From Lama glama (Eukaryota), in assembly GCA_028534125.1 (NCBI GenBank), contig CM052817.1, positions 34,164,001 through 34,228,000 of the forward strand: 64,000 nucleotides of DNA. Reading direction: 5' to 3'. Below are positions 38,200-50,000 of the stretch, piece by piece. Numbering within the stretch: position 1 is the stretch's first letter; each line of letters begins with the position of its first letter. The notes beneath the pieces were generated by a model, which was given only the letters and a program-made list of their open reading frames with translations, was not told the origin of the DNA and ran no database searches. Position numbers and translations under genes: made by a program.

Positions 38200-38880
38200 C
38201 CCTTTAAGCACGTGCTTCCCCCGGGCCAACAGCATGGCAGGTGCTTACCAAAATGAAGCCCTTGCGTGGGGGCAGACACAGCTCTGCACGCGAGCATGAG
38301 CTGGACGCCTTGGAGAGCTGGCCGGGAGCCGCCCCCTCCGCCGGCACGTGGTGCAGTGCGGGACCTGCACACCATATGCAGCGGCGCTGCTCAGGGGGGT
38401 GGAAGGCGCCCGGAGTCTCACCCTCTAGCGGGTTCTGGTTCATTGCCACCACTGCTAGAAGCAATTTCCTGGGAGCTTTGATTACAGCATCCTTTCTGTC
38501 TTCCAAGTTGTGGACTGGAAAGTGGGAGCTCTGAGAACAGCCTGACGCTTACTTCCCACAACTCCTGAAGCTTTTCATGTCTGAACCCAGACCCAGGTGA
38601 TGTGGCAGCTTCTAGGCAGCTCTAAGTCCTGGAAGCTGGGATCACAGAGAAACGTAGAGACTTACACAACTTAATTTCTTTCATCCTGACTGACAGGATA
38701 AGGACAGAAGGGAAGAGGAGCGAAATCTAAAGAAGCTTTACAGGCGCTGACATTCTAAGCTTGCGGAGAGATAAGCAGCTCGTGGGGAGTGGGGGTGCGA
38801 GGCAGCACACACGGGGGAGGGGGAGGGGGGAGCCGGAGAGAGGCCCCCGGGCAGGGTGCGGGTGGGAGACCCTTCTGCCT
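38200..38880. promoter_or_regulatory. CpG-retaining GC-rich unique element (candidate enhancer/promoter)
   Basis: Local CpG excess, CACGTG E-boxes, a CTCF-like motif and G-run clusters; no repeat recognised. Confidence 0.4.
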
Positions 38881-40409
38881 ACACTGAACAACCAACGTGA
38901 GGAGAACAGATGTGGAATTCACTCCTGAATTGCTTATTTGGAAAATTAATTAGTAAGTGCTTGGCCAACAATGGTTCCCCTGAATGGAATATAAATTTCC
39001 CCCAAAGTTATTTAGAACCTAAACATGGAGAGGAGAGGATGAAGGGGGAGAGAGACAGACAGAGACAGAGGAGGGGGAGAGAGAGAGGAACAAGAACGGA
39101 GGGGAGGGAAGACGGAAACCACGTGCTTTGTCCCCCCTCCCCACCCTACCCCCGTGGAGCACAGCGCCTGGTGCTAATAATAACGGCACAAGAGTGAGAG
39201 AGAAGAGGTAAGACCTGGCAACATCAACCTCTGTGATTTTACTAAAAGCACTGCCCAGAGAATGGCGTGGACCGTCTAAAGTTCCCACCAGCTTGTTAGC
39301 TACCTTATTTGGCGAACTACCACCTACTCATCCATCCTTGCCCTACTTCCTCCTTGTCCTTCTAGACCTTGTTCTTTCTCCCTCTTTCCCTCCTGTAGGC
39401 AGAGCAAAGGAAAGCATCTCTGGCTCCCTGGCTTGAAGGCTCTGTCTCTTCGGTTTTCCTGTTTCCTCGCTGGTGAGAGTCTGTTAGACACTTCCTCTGA
39501 GGTTTATTTGCAGCCTACCCTGTGAATCTCTGAGATCGTCTCTCTCATGGTTTCTCACTGCAGTGACACCGTGAGGCCCCCACCTTAGCCAGGCCTGGGG
39601 AACAACCGCTCATCTGGAGATCTTAGCTACTGGGCTGTTCTCTCCTGCGCAGTGGAGATGGAGCCTCCTGAAGAAGGCAGGGCACTGAAGGATGCTCCCT
39701 GAGTGAAGGCTCCCTGGACACTGGCCAGAATCAAAGTCCATGAGTATTGCCACTAGACAACTCAGCCTCCTTGCCAGACCCTTTCCAGATCCATCGAGAA
39801 CCCAGCTGCTGGTGCAGGGATTCAGCATTCTGGGGATGGCATGTTTATTTCGAAACAATCATGAGGCTTGATTTGATGTAGTGAAAGAAATTAGTGCTTG
39901 CTGAATACGGCCCAATTATTACTGCATTAATTCATACAGATTAGCAGCTGACATTGGCTGGAAGGCAAGCATCAGGATATTTCAATACATTTGGCTGAAG
40001 AAAGCCGCCTCTCTGGGGCTGCAGAGCCACCCCTCCCCCACCCCCAAGCTCAAGATGACGATTCCATATTTAGAATGCCTTTCACATCAAGGGCGCATGA
40101 TTTTTTTTTTAATTGAAGTATAGTCAGTTTACAATGTTGTGTTAGCTGAAATGGGCAAATTAAATCATGGTTGGGAGATGCCCCAAAAGTCAGTCATCAA
40201 ACTGACACCCTTTGAGACCTGCTTTCTCCCAAGCCCACTGTTAAAGGACTTTTCAAAGGTGGAAGAAATTGTAACCTGCTCCCAAGGAAAGGTTGCAAGA
40301 CACCTCCTCATGGATTGTTAAACTAAGTATGTGTATCTACACCTTGTGTAAACAGTTAAGTATGTTCTTAGCTTAAAAATGGCTTAAACAAGTAAAGAAT
40401 TCTTTGCTA

Positions 40410-40965
40410 ACTATTATGTGTCAAGTTATATCTCCCTCCCCCAAATAATATATTGAAGCCCTGACTCCTAATAAAGCAGAATGTCACTATATTTGGAGAT
40501 AGGGCTTTTACAGATGGGATTAAATTAAAAGGAATCCCTCAGGAGGGGCGCTTATGATAAGTCAGCGTTCTCCAGGGAATCAGAACCAATAGGACTAGAA
40601 CCAATATATATGCCTATACACATATGCATGTATCACATACATACATACACATACATACATACATATGAAGAGATTTATTATTAGAAATTGGCTCGCGTGA
40701 TTATGGAAGCTGGCAGGTCTCAAGATCTGCATGGCTGAGTCAGCAAGTTGCAGACCCTGGAGAGCAGATGGTTTCGTTCTGGTCTGATCTGAGGGCCCGA
40801 GAACCAGGAGAGCTGATGGTATAGCTCCAACCAAAGGCCGGCAGCCTCGAGGTTCAGGAAGAGCTGATGTTTTGGGTGCAGTCTGAAGGCAGGAAAAAAG
40901 CCAGTGTCCTAGTTCAAAGAAGGTAGTCAGGCAGGAACAATTCTTATTCCCAAGAGGCCAACCTT
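40410..40965. mobile_element. MLT1 LTR 5' part (+) joined to MLT2 LTR fragment (-) with a (CATA)n tract
   Basis: 'atattgaagccctgactcc...tatttggagatagggcttt' followed by 'gtcagcgttctccagggaatcagaaccaatagga...gagatttattattagaaattggctc'. Confidence 0.75.
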
Positions 40966-41589
40966 TGCAGGTTCCAGGCTCATTCTTTGCAGGTCCATCA
41001 TCCGTTTCCAAACAGACTCAACTTCATGCCATGCTTACTACCTCAAAGCCCTCCCGTCATTCATTCTTTCATTCATGCACAAAAGATTATTCTCAATTCT
41101 TGGCATGCATGAGCTCATGTAAGTGCTGGAGTAGAATGGTGAAAAAAACAGGAAGCCTCTGCTTTTATATAATCTACAGATTAGAGGAGAGAAAAGATTC
41201 ATGTTATTATAATGAAGTGTCATCAGGCTTCCAAGAGGGAAGCTACTGGGAGATACAGGAATGGACAGCAGAGAAATCAAACCTATTATCTGCTTACCAG
41301 AGCCCTTCCCATTCTGCAAGGCCTGAGTCAAATGCCAGCCCTTCACCAGCTGGCATTTGCCCACACCCGTCAGAATTAACTGTGCCTTCGTGTGCTGCCA
41401 TACTTAGTAATATTAAGGAGTATTTACCTGGTGCTAGGTTTTGAGCTAAATACTTTAGATTTAGATACATTATATCATTGAACCTTCACGACAATCCCAT
41501 TAAGGGGTGCCATCTTCCCTCAATTATTGACAAAGAAGCTGAAACTCAGAGACTCATGGGAGCAGACATTATCACCAATACTTCTCGCT

Positions 41590-41935
41590 TCCTGGAATCC
41601 TCTTCCTCCAGATTGTCACCTGTCTGCCTCCTTCCTTAGGTCTCAGTTCAGATGTCACCTCCTCCAGGAAGCTGCCTTGACCACTCATTCATAAAGAGCT
41701 ACCACTCTGAGTCACTCTTGTACATCAGTCTATTTTTCCATAGCCCCATCACTCTCTGAAGTTACATTTTTATCTGTGTGTTCTCATGCTTATTGTCTGT
41801 CTTCCTCCATAAGAACGTGTAAGACCTATGAGGGTGAGAAAGGTTACATCTCTAAGCTGGGCCAGTCTGGATCCTTGGTACTTAGAAGGATGCCTGGCAC
41901 ACAGCAGGCCTTCAATTAATGTTCTTTGGATGAAA
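41590..41935 (+). mobile_element. L2 3' end
   Basis: 'tcagatgtcacctcctccaggaagc...gcctggcacacagcaggcc'. Confidence 0.75.
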
Positions 41936-43173
41936 TCATGACTATACACAGAGTCACATAGCTAGTAAGTGACAGAGTTGAAATTTAAATATACATGTGT
42001 CTTTCTCCAAAGTCCAAGATTTAGTGCCTTTTCTAGGCTTCACACTACCCATCTTGCTTTCAGGTTTGTTATTTACTTTTGTCTCTACTTCACAGTCCTG
42101 AGGGCAATGCCACGTCCTCTCAGAGCTCCTGTCAGGACGCTGCCTTGCTCCCCAAACACTCAGCCCATGTTTGCTGAGATGGCTAAGTTTCCATGACAAC
42201 GCCAGAGGGGGAGAAGGGCTCTGAGGCCCTGTATGATTGTCCTCTTCCCTCCACTCAGGTTAGCATCACAGACTGAGAAGGGGTCTTTCTCAGCCCGACT
42301 CAGGCCCCAAGTGTCATTTGCCACCTTGGAAGGACTCACCGCCCCGGTTCTGAGCACCCAACTCCACGCGAGTGTGGCCGGGGCTTCCCCTGAGGGACCC
42401 ACGTAAGTGGGCGGAGTCTTCAACCCAGCCCCCCCATTCGAGGAGTAAGTACAGGCCAAGTCCTCGAGTTTTTTAGAAGATGCTGGTCCTTCTGACAAGG
42501 AAACTTGCTTGCGAGCAGGATTCTTCTTGACCAACGAGAGAGGATGGGCATTTCAGAGGACGGTTGGCCACCCTCTCACACGGGGAATGGATGTAGTGCA
42601 GCAAAAGGGCTTTCCACTTGAACCTGCCTGGGATTTTCCCATTTTCCCCTTAGCTAAAAAGCCAATGGAACTCTGGGAAACTCCCGATTCCGTCCCCTTT
42701 ATCTGTGCCTGTGGAGGAGAGCTATGGATGAAGCCTTTCTTTGGGACTTGCAAATAATTCACTCTGTCTTTGTCAGAAAACCCCGAGTAAAGAAAGCAAA
42801 CTCAGCTCCTGTCTGAGACAGAGCCAGGCTGGCCGCCCTGAAGCCAAGCACCCTCCTGGAGCCACACCGAGAGGATGCTCTCGCCTCCTCCTCCAGGGGT
42901 CCAGCCCCAGCTGCAAAAGCCGCCCCTCCTTCCCCGTGCCTGCCGTGTTGCACAGGGATTTGGAAAAGGCTTCGCTTTCCTGGATTGATAGAGAAGGCAG
43001 CTGCCTAAAGGGCATGACTTGACAGCAGCTAGACATGACTTCCTCCCTCAAAATAGCTCACTCTTGCCTGAATTTCCTCCATTGATGTCATCCCCTTGAG
43101 TCTCACAGAACTGGCCTTTAAGAGGATGCTACAGAAATGCAAACTCCCCTTGAAAGGCCAATAATCCACTAAG

Positions 43174-43283
43174 CAGGGGCCAGCAAACTTTTTCTGAAAA
43201 GGGCCAGATGGTATTCCCGGAAACTCTATTTACCAAACCTGTGGCAAGCGAGACTGGGCCCGTGGGCCATGATTTGTCAGCCC
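43174..43283. mobile_element. MER58-like hAT-Charlie element (internally deleted)
   Basis: 'caggggccagcaaactttttctgaaaagggccagatggta' ... 'ggcccgtgggccatgatttg'. Confidence 0.7.
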
Positions 43284-44089
43284 AGCACCAGGCTGTAAGT
43301 CAGGGACATTTCCTTCCCATCTCCCTGTCCCCGGTGCCTCTCTACCTCTCAGCTGAGGCACCCAGTGAAGAGATGCTGCAAACATGTTGAGTGTTGAAGC
43401 ACTTATCAACCAGCCACATTTCAGGAGAAGCCAGTATTTCCAGAAAGAGCCTTGATATAGCAGAGAATATTCAGAGGCTAAGAACTGAGGAGGACAGGGC
43501 ACTAAAATCAAGTTTGTCAGCTTAGCAGTTTTAACTAAACAGACCCATTGGTTATAGTCATAAATCCCCAAATGCTATAACTGGCTGAGATCATCACATT
43601 CCCCATCTGGAGACCAGCAGTAAGTAAACACTGGGAGCAATGGAGAAAAAAAAAGAAACGCTGGGCACCGTCATGCTTTCCAGCGTTGGCCCTCGTGTTA
43701 CATCCCTGCGCTCAGGAACGGCGTTCGTTCTCGACACTCCAGAGACTGAGCCAGTTCCACTGTTCTGGCTCGAATGAACCACGAAAGCCCTTTGGTAATG
43801 GGTGAGCTGTACTACAAAGCCAGTCCTGCAGTGCAGTGTTCCATGCTTTGCTTTTCTTCCTCACAGCAGTCACATCCCTGTGGCCGTCATGGAATCCAAG
43901 ATCTGCCTGTCAGTTTCCTTCACTATGGTGGATGTCATGATGGTGAATCTGAGCAATGATTTTAAGAGATGATAATTACTGTCTCCTTCACTTAGCTGTC
44001 TTCTAGGCTACCATCTTGGTTTAGTAAAGGGCAGAGCATGAAGGCCTGAGTTGTGAGTACTCTTTGCAATTCCAGACCTTTGGGGACCT

Positions 44090-44470
44090 TGTGCCAGTCA
44101 CGATAGATAAGGTTCTGCTGCAATAACAAACAATCCTCAAATTTCAATTTTTCAATACAACCCAAGTCTATTTCTTGCTCCTCAAGAAATAGGCAAGCTC
44201 TACTCATCATCCATTCAAGGACCCAGATAATCCTGCCTCCATCATGACACGTGTCTTCTTGGTCATCTCATCAGGGGAAAGGGACATGACATAGTATGAC
44301 TTGGCTTCTATGGCCTCTGCCCAGAAGTGTCATATCTGCTCACATTTCATTGACCAAGCACGTCACATGCTACATAGTACTTCCGGGGGGTGAGGGACAG
44401 GGCAGGTAAGTGCAATCCTACCCTGTGCCAGAAGGATGACTCAGTGGTGCCCTGGCCTCATGACTACTAT
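44090..44470 (-). mobile_element. Old MaLR LTR (MLT1K/L-like)
   Basis: 'tgtgccagtcacgatagataaggttctgctgcaataacaaacaatcc' and 'gctcacatttcattgaccaagcacgtcacatg'. Confidence 0.7.
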
Positions 44471-46539
44471 AAGACCTGAGTGATGGCTCAGGGGCATCTG
44501 CTCACATGAAGAGCCAAATATCCTCATGGGAGAGACACACCCCTAGAAGGTGAGTGCTGATATTGAGGGGAAGATTCTGAAGGCCCAGGAACGGGAGTTA
44601 ATCTGAATATTCCAGATGTGGAGCAGATGACAGTAACACTCGTTAAGGAAAGGCAATCGCTGAGGGCCAAGTGCAGTGGCTGTGGGCTGGAGCAGGTATT
44701 AAGGAGAAATGAGGGCTCCTCAGTGGAAGGACAGTCAGACTGCCTTCTTCCAGGAAAAAGCAGCTTTTTAAAGATGTCTGAGATGACTGTAATGTGGTTA
44801 TCCCTTGATTCAATATAAAACCAAGGGTTAAGCACAAAAAGGTACCTCTGAGAGCAGTTAAGACTATTGATGTGGAAAAGAGTGACACATTCTGATGGAG
44901 AGGACAATGGAGGGATGTGAAAGATGCTGGTGTATCTGCCCCATCCTGGCTTACGAGGAATGCTCTCTAGGCACCACAGTAGCCCCAATGCCCAAGACAG
45001 AAAAACAAAAACAAAAACAAAACAAACAAACAAAACCCTAAAAAAACCAGGCCTTAGAGCAAGGCTAGCACAGTTGCACAGGTTGGGCACTGCACTTCTT
45101 GAGTTGTGGTCAATCACACTGATTTATGTGAATGGTGCACCCAGGAGCTAGCAGTGAACAACAGGAAGAGTCCTGGGTGGTAGCCTCTTCTCCACACCTT
45201 CTTTAAGGCAAGATTTTGGACTCTTGCTCTTCATCTCCCACAACTCCTGGCCCCATTAGTATGGTTTCCTGTTGCTGGCCTTCCCCTCATCTTTTGAATC
45301 TGACAGCAGAGCCAGGTTTTCTAGTTTCAATAACTGGCGCTCACCAGTGCCTCCCTTACATATTCCCCAAGAGTGAAGTCACAAAGGGTGAATTCAAGGC
45401 CACGCAAAGCAAGTCAGCCTAGAGGAAAGAGTCAGAGGAAGACTACTGTTTGCAGGCAGGTTGGCATACACACAGAACACCCCAAACCAAAATCAGAGAC
45501 TAGGATGAGACTGGGATTCCCATGAACAGAGGAAGCAGGGAATTACATTTTTGTTCCAGTTACTGTAATCCTCCTGGTCTTCTAAGACTGGCCTGACCTA
45601 GAACACTTGTGACAGACGTATGCTCAGTGCTGACCCAATTCTCAGTGTAAAATAGGTCTTCATTAAATGCTTGTTGAAAAAAAAATCATGAACATGTATA
45701 TTTAAAGAACAGTTCAACTTTCTTCTTTCTATAGTCATAAGAATGATGAGAATTTGACCAGCAGACAAGTTACTGAAATGTGAAAAAGTCAACCAACCAA
45801 AGTGGAGGGAGAGGAGGTGGGTCTTTGTCTTATAGGAAACCAAGGGACCATGCAGAATTGGACTGATGCTTGGAGAATGTGTCTTCTAGACACACTCTCC
45901 CTTGTGACTTTCTCCTTATAATTTCAGACCTAAAATGTTCAGCAGTAGAGTGAGTTTCAGCTCTTTAGATGCTTGTAAAACTACTGAGTTGGGTTAGTAC
46001 TGGATCTGGTACTGGCACGAAACACTGAAAGTATTACCACCTTGAAAACTAACATTAAATATAAACAGTGTTGCCATCACAATACTAAACAAATAGAAAA
46101 TTGCTTAAGTCCTTGCTCCTTTTGAGGGAAAGCAATGCATTTACATACCTCTTCTTAGAGAGAGCATAAATATAGGTGATAATTGACTGTGCATGGCTGT
46201 GGAATATTCCATATTTCATGAAATCATGAGGCTCAGGAAAATAAATACTGAGGTTGAAACCAAGTCAACTTCAGGCAAACATTTGCCTCCAAAGGCACAT
46301 GTGACCTCCTCTCCGTTGCCTTTCTTCCTGACAGAGACACGTGCTGAAGTGTAGGCATGGTGACAACTTGATTCACCATCAATACGGCTCTTGGCCCATA
46401 AATATCTGTCCTCAAATAAACAGAAAACCCTACCTAGAAATAAAGAAGAAAGGGTGGAAGAGGGGGAAGGACAGGATGGAGAGCAGATCTGACTTGATTT
46501 TTGGGACATTGTCATCCATCCAATGGCTTATTCTCTGCC

Positions 46540-47381
46540 AGGATGTATATTGGTCATCCTGAAACCCATGCTTAACAAAAATTTCCAACATCAAATTTGC
46601 ATAATGCCTTATTAACATGCATAGAATTCTACATGGCATTGCTTCTGCCCAAGGATCTCAATTCTCAGGAAAAAAAGTTGTGATATGGGGTTCATACCAT
46701 GAAATTCACTGGTCTCACCATATATCCTGTCACCCAGGGGCAGCTGGCCTGACAGAAAGTGGAATGGCCTACGGAAGACTCAGTTACAGCCCAATTTGGG
46801 AGAATAACCTGAAGGTCAGAGTTCTAGTTAATTGGATGCCACATATGCTTTGAATCAGTTTTCAATATGAGGTTCCGTTTCTCCCAAAGCCAGAACATCT
46901 GGGTGCAGGATCCAGGGTGGAAGTGGGAGCAGCTTTTCTCACTATGACACGTGATATCCACTCGGCATGTTTGCTTTCTGTCCCTGAGACTTTGGGTTCT
47001 TCTGATCCGCTCCGAGATCATTTCCGATTTCATAATGGAGAAATGCTTCTGCCTGGTGACACCAAACTGCTGCACTGATCTATCTGGAAGAGGAGACTGC
47101 CAATCGGCCATATGGAGCTCCCCCTCCTGCTGAACTAGCAAGTGAAGAAGGGGGTTTCTGAGCTGGTTGATCCTGCCTACGTACTGAGACATCAGTTTTC
47201 TACGACACAAGAATCTATCTAGAGCTCAAGGGATTCTCCAAGGTATTACATAGTACATCCACGTCCAATAGTAAAAGATAATGACAATTGCTATCATCTA
47301 TAGCCAAAGCAAGAAGTGATCATTTTTGTATGGAACTTTAAACATGTTGAGAAAGTGTTTATAGTAACCAAGGGAGTGAGC
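46540..47381 (+). mobile_element. ERVL internal remnant: integrase followed by dUTPase-like region
   Basis: ORF 46617-46853 HGIASAQGSQFSGKKV.IWG..HEIHWSHHISCHPGAAGLTE resembles ERVL integrase (SDQGTHFT...HGIHWSYHVPHHPEAAGLIE). A polypurine-tract (PPT)-like 'ccaagggagtgagc' precedes the LTR. Confidence 0.8.
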
Positions 47382-47878
47382 TGTGCTCTGAAGCCACCTT
47401 TCTATATTCTGCTCAGTCAGTGATGTGAGGGCTGGATCTCGCTTTTGACATTTGGCTCCTGGGTATGTTTTGCCAGTAGGGGGCACTAGAGGGATACCAG
47501 AAGGTTGGGACTGGGATAGGAATGGGGACCCGCTGCTCCTAGAACATTGCCTCATAAGGACCCTTCCCCCTGGCATTGACCAGGTCCATTCAGCTTCAGC
47601 GTTGCCAAAAGCAGCCTCGTTGCGTCCTCTTCGAAGTATGAGTGCAGCCAAGTCCCTTTCCTGAAACATCTAGGTTTTGATAATCCCACCTCCTTCCTCT
47701 GTTTCCTCAGCCCCAAGAGTAGTTGCAACTTCAGCGGTATGATGCGGGTTACTCCAACGGTCCCTTTCTGTTTCCTCAGCCCTCTCACACCTGTGTGATC
47801 TATTCTCCACCTGAAATTCCTTCTGTTGGTATTTCAGTTGTGGCTTCTGTTTCCCTGCCTGTACCCTGAGCCTCAGAA
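47382..47878 (+). mobile_element. ERVL 3' LTR (LTR41/LTR33-like)
   Basis: Begins TGT right after the PPT; 'tgccagtagggggcactagaggga'; ends 'gtggcttctgtttccctgcctgtaccctga'. Confidence 0.65.
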
Positions 47879-48829
47879 GGAAGCTCAAGATAATTGACCA
47901 TTCCAGTTATTATCAATCTTTCAGAAAGATTCTTTAAGACATTAAATTACCAAAAAAAAAAAGAGAGAGGGAGGAAGCATTTTTAAACAAATTTAACATG
48001 GGATTACTATTTTGCAAAAGCCACTACTCAAATTGGAATGGGAGAAGTTCCTGTGAATTCCTGCTGGAAAACAATTTCATTTTATTAAAAGGTTTTCCTC
48101 TTTGTATTTGGAGGTTAAAGAAATGATAGAATTTATTATTCCTCCAAACAAACAATTTCACTTATTTTTGGTAAATTGCACTAAATGTAGTTTAATTACT
48201 GTGTCCAGAATGGCATTTCACATCTGTGGCCCCCAAAGCTATTATTGCTACAGACCTGAGGGACAAAGAAAGAGAGCCCTCTTGTGGCCAATTTAAATAC
48301 TACAGCCCTTTGCAGTTGAACTTTGATGGTATATTAACGTCCTACCTAAATGAAGGGGATCTTTGAACGGAAAGATGTCTTACAGATCCTGCCTGCATTG
48401 CCAAGGAATAGAAAAGAAGCCTCTTGTACAGAGAAATAATGCCTGTGCTTCCTGGCACTACACAAATATAATATAAAACACTTATAAACTGTGTAAACAA
48501 GGTCATTATTAAATGCCCGATTTTTTAAGGAATAAATAGAAGTAGTGAGAATAAGTCTAAGATCAAAAAAGATACTCAGCGCCCTTACATGGCAAGGGTC
48601 TTAACACAAACCACAATAATTTCCTTCTGAATTGGTTACACGCACAAGTAAGGACCCAGGGTGTCACAGTGAGGGAAACTCAATAAATGCAGCAAGAGTC
48701 TGATGTGCTGGTGGAATGTGATGAAATATACACATTATCATCTTTGTGGCAAAAGAACCCAGTGAAGTGCAGTGTTAGAGGCCCCTCAGGACAAATTGGA
48801 AAGAGAGGGGCCATGGAAGAGGGGAAGCA

Positions 48830-49270
48830 TTTAAGCTTGGCAGTTGGATGGCACTGCGTTCAAATGCCATCTTAGAACATCCCAGCTGTTTGACTTAGGG
48901 CAAGTCATGCAGCCTCTCTGATTCTCAGCTTCCCATCTGCAAAATGCCTATAACGACATCTGCTTTCAGACAACATAGGGTAGAGTAGCTCAGGGCACGT
49001 GCTTCAGAGCCAAGCTCCCTGGCTTCAAATCCTGACTCTGCCACTTACTGTGTGATCTTCCACAAGTTGCTTAATCTCTCTGTGCCTAATCCATAAAATA
49101 GGATAAAGTAGTATTCACCTTGCAGAGTTGTTTTGTAGATTAAATGATTCACTATATACAAAACACTTAGATCAGGTATCATGGATAAATTTGCCATCAT
49201 TAGTACTGTTTAATGTGCCTTAGGATGCCTTGCACGTGGTAAACACACAGTAAATGTCAGCTTTATTATT
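48830..49270 (+). mobile_element. Nested MIR SINEs
   Basis: 'ttcaaatcctgactctgccacttactgtgtgatctt...aagttgcttaatctctctgtgcct'. Confidence 0.8.
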
Positions 49271-49623
49271 GGCTGTAAGTCCTCACGGACAATTTACTTG
49301 TTGTGTATTCCCTACCTGCTTCTTTTTCTATTAAGAAGAGTCATGTGAAATTGCCATTTCGGTAGGTGAGAAATATTTGAATGTAGTAATTTCTTGGTTT
49401 AATAGAATATAGAGCAATGGTTGTCACCAGGTCACATGGAATGTTATTGGCAAGCGCCTAAGATGGAGGAATAGAGTAGAGCTCTCTGTCCACATTCACG
49501 GCCCTGGGCCCAGGAGCCCCTGCCTCACCTGCAAGGACGAATCCCTTGAGCAGAATTAGTGAGACTCAGTCTCCCAGCTCCTGTGCTAGCCTCTGGGAAG
49601 GAGGAGGTGATGAGTAGGGCATC

Positions 49624-50000
49624 TGTACCAGTTAGAGCCCTTTCAGGAAATCAGAACCCGTTCCAGGTGGTTTTATAGAGGGAACTTAATAAAGGCGTTA
49701 GAAAAGTTTAAAGGCCACACAGGGGACACTGAAGCAACCCAGAGATTAGCGTCAGCAGGGAGAAGCTGCACCCCTGACTGCAGGAGGGACAAAGGGCAGA
49801 GGGGCTTTGCCAGAGCCAGAGCCAAGGCCCCTGCAGGAAAAGGAACCCTGCAGGGCTGCCCCCACCCAAAGCAGAGAAGAATGAGGGGGAATCTCCCTCC
49901 CTTCTGTTCCTGGGTCTCCTGTCAGTGCCTCCCCAGCCCTCAGCCTCATCATTGTCCATCGGCAGAGGGGCCCCAGGCATGGAGTTCTCAAGGACTAGCT
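49624..50000 (-). mobile_element. Ancient LTR fragment (ERVL class, family uncertain)
   Basis: 'tgtaccagttagagccctttcaggaaatcagaacc...ttaataaagg...gaagcaacccagagattagc' resembles reverse ERVL LTR ends. Confidence 0.45.

Noticed and set aside
39155..39178. REST/RE1-like half sites (GCACAGCGCC followed by TGGTGCTAA)
   Set aside because: Both halves are mismatched and their arrangement is non-canonical; too weak without ChIP data.
44524..45117. 197-aa minus-strand ORF
   Set aside because: Crosses an (A)n/CAAAA tract and a probable MER91-like fragment; composition is not gene-like.
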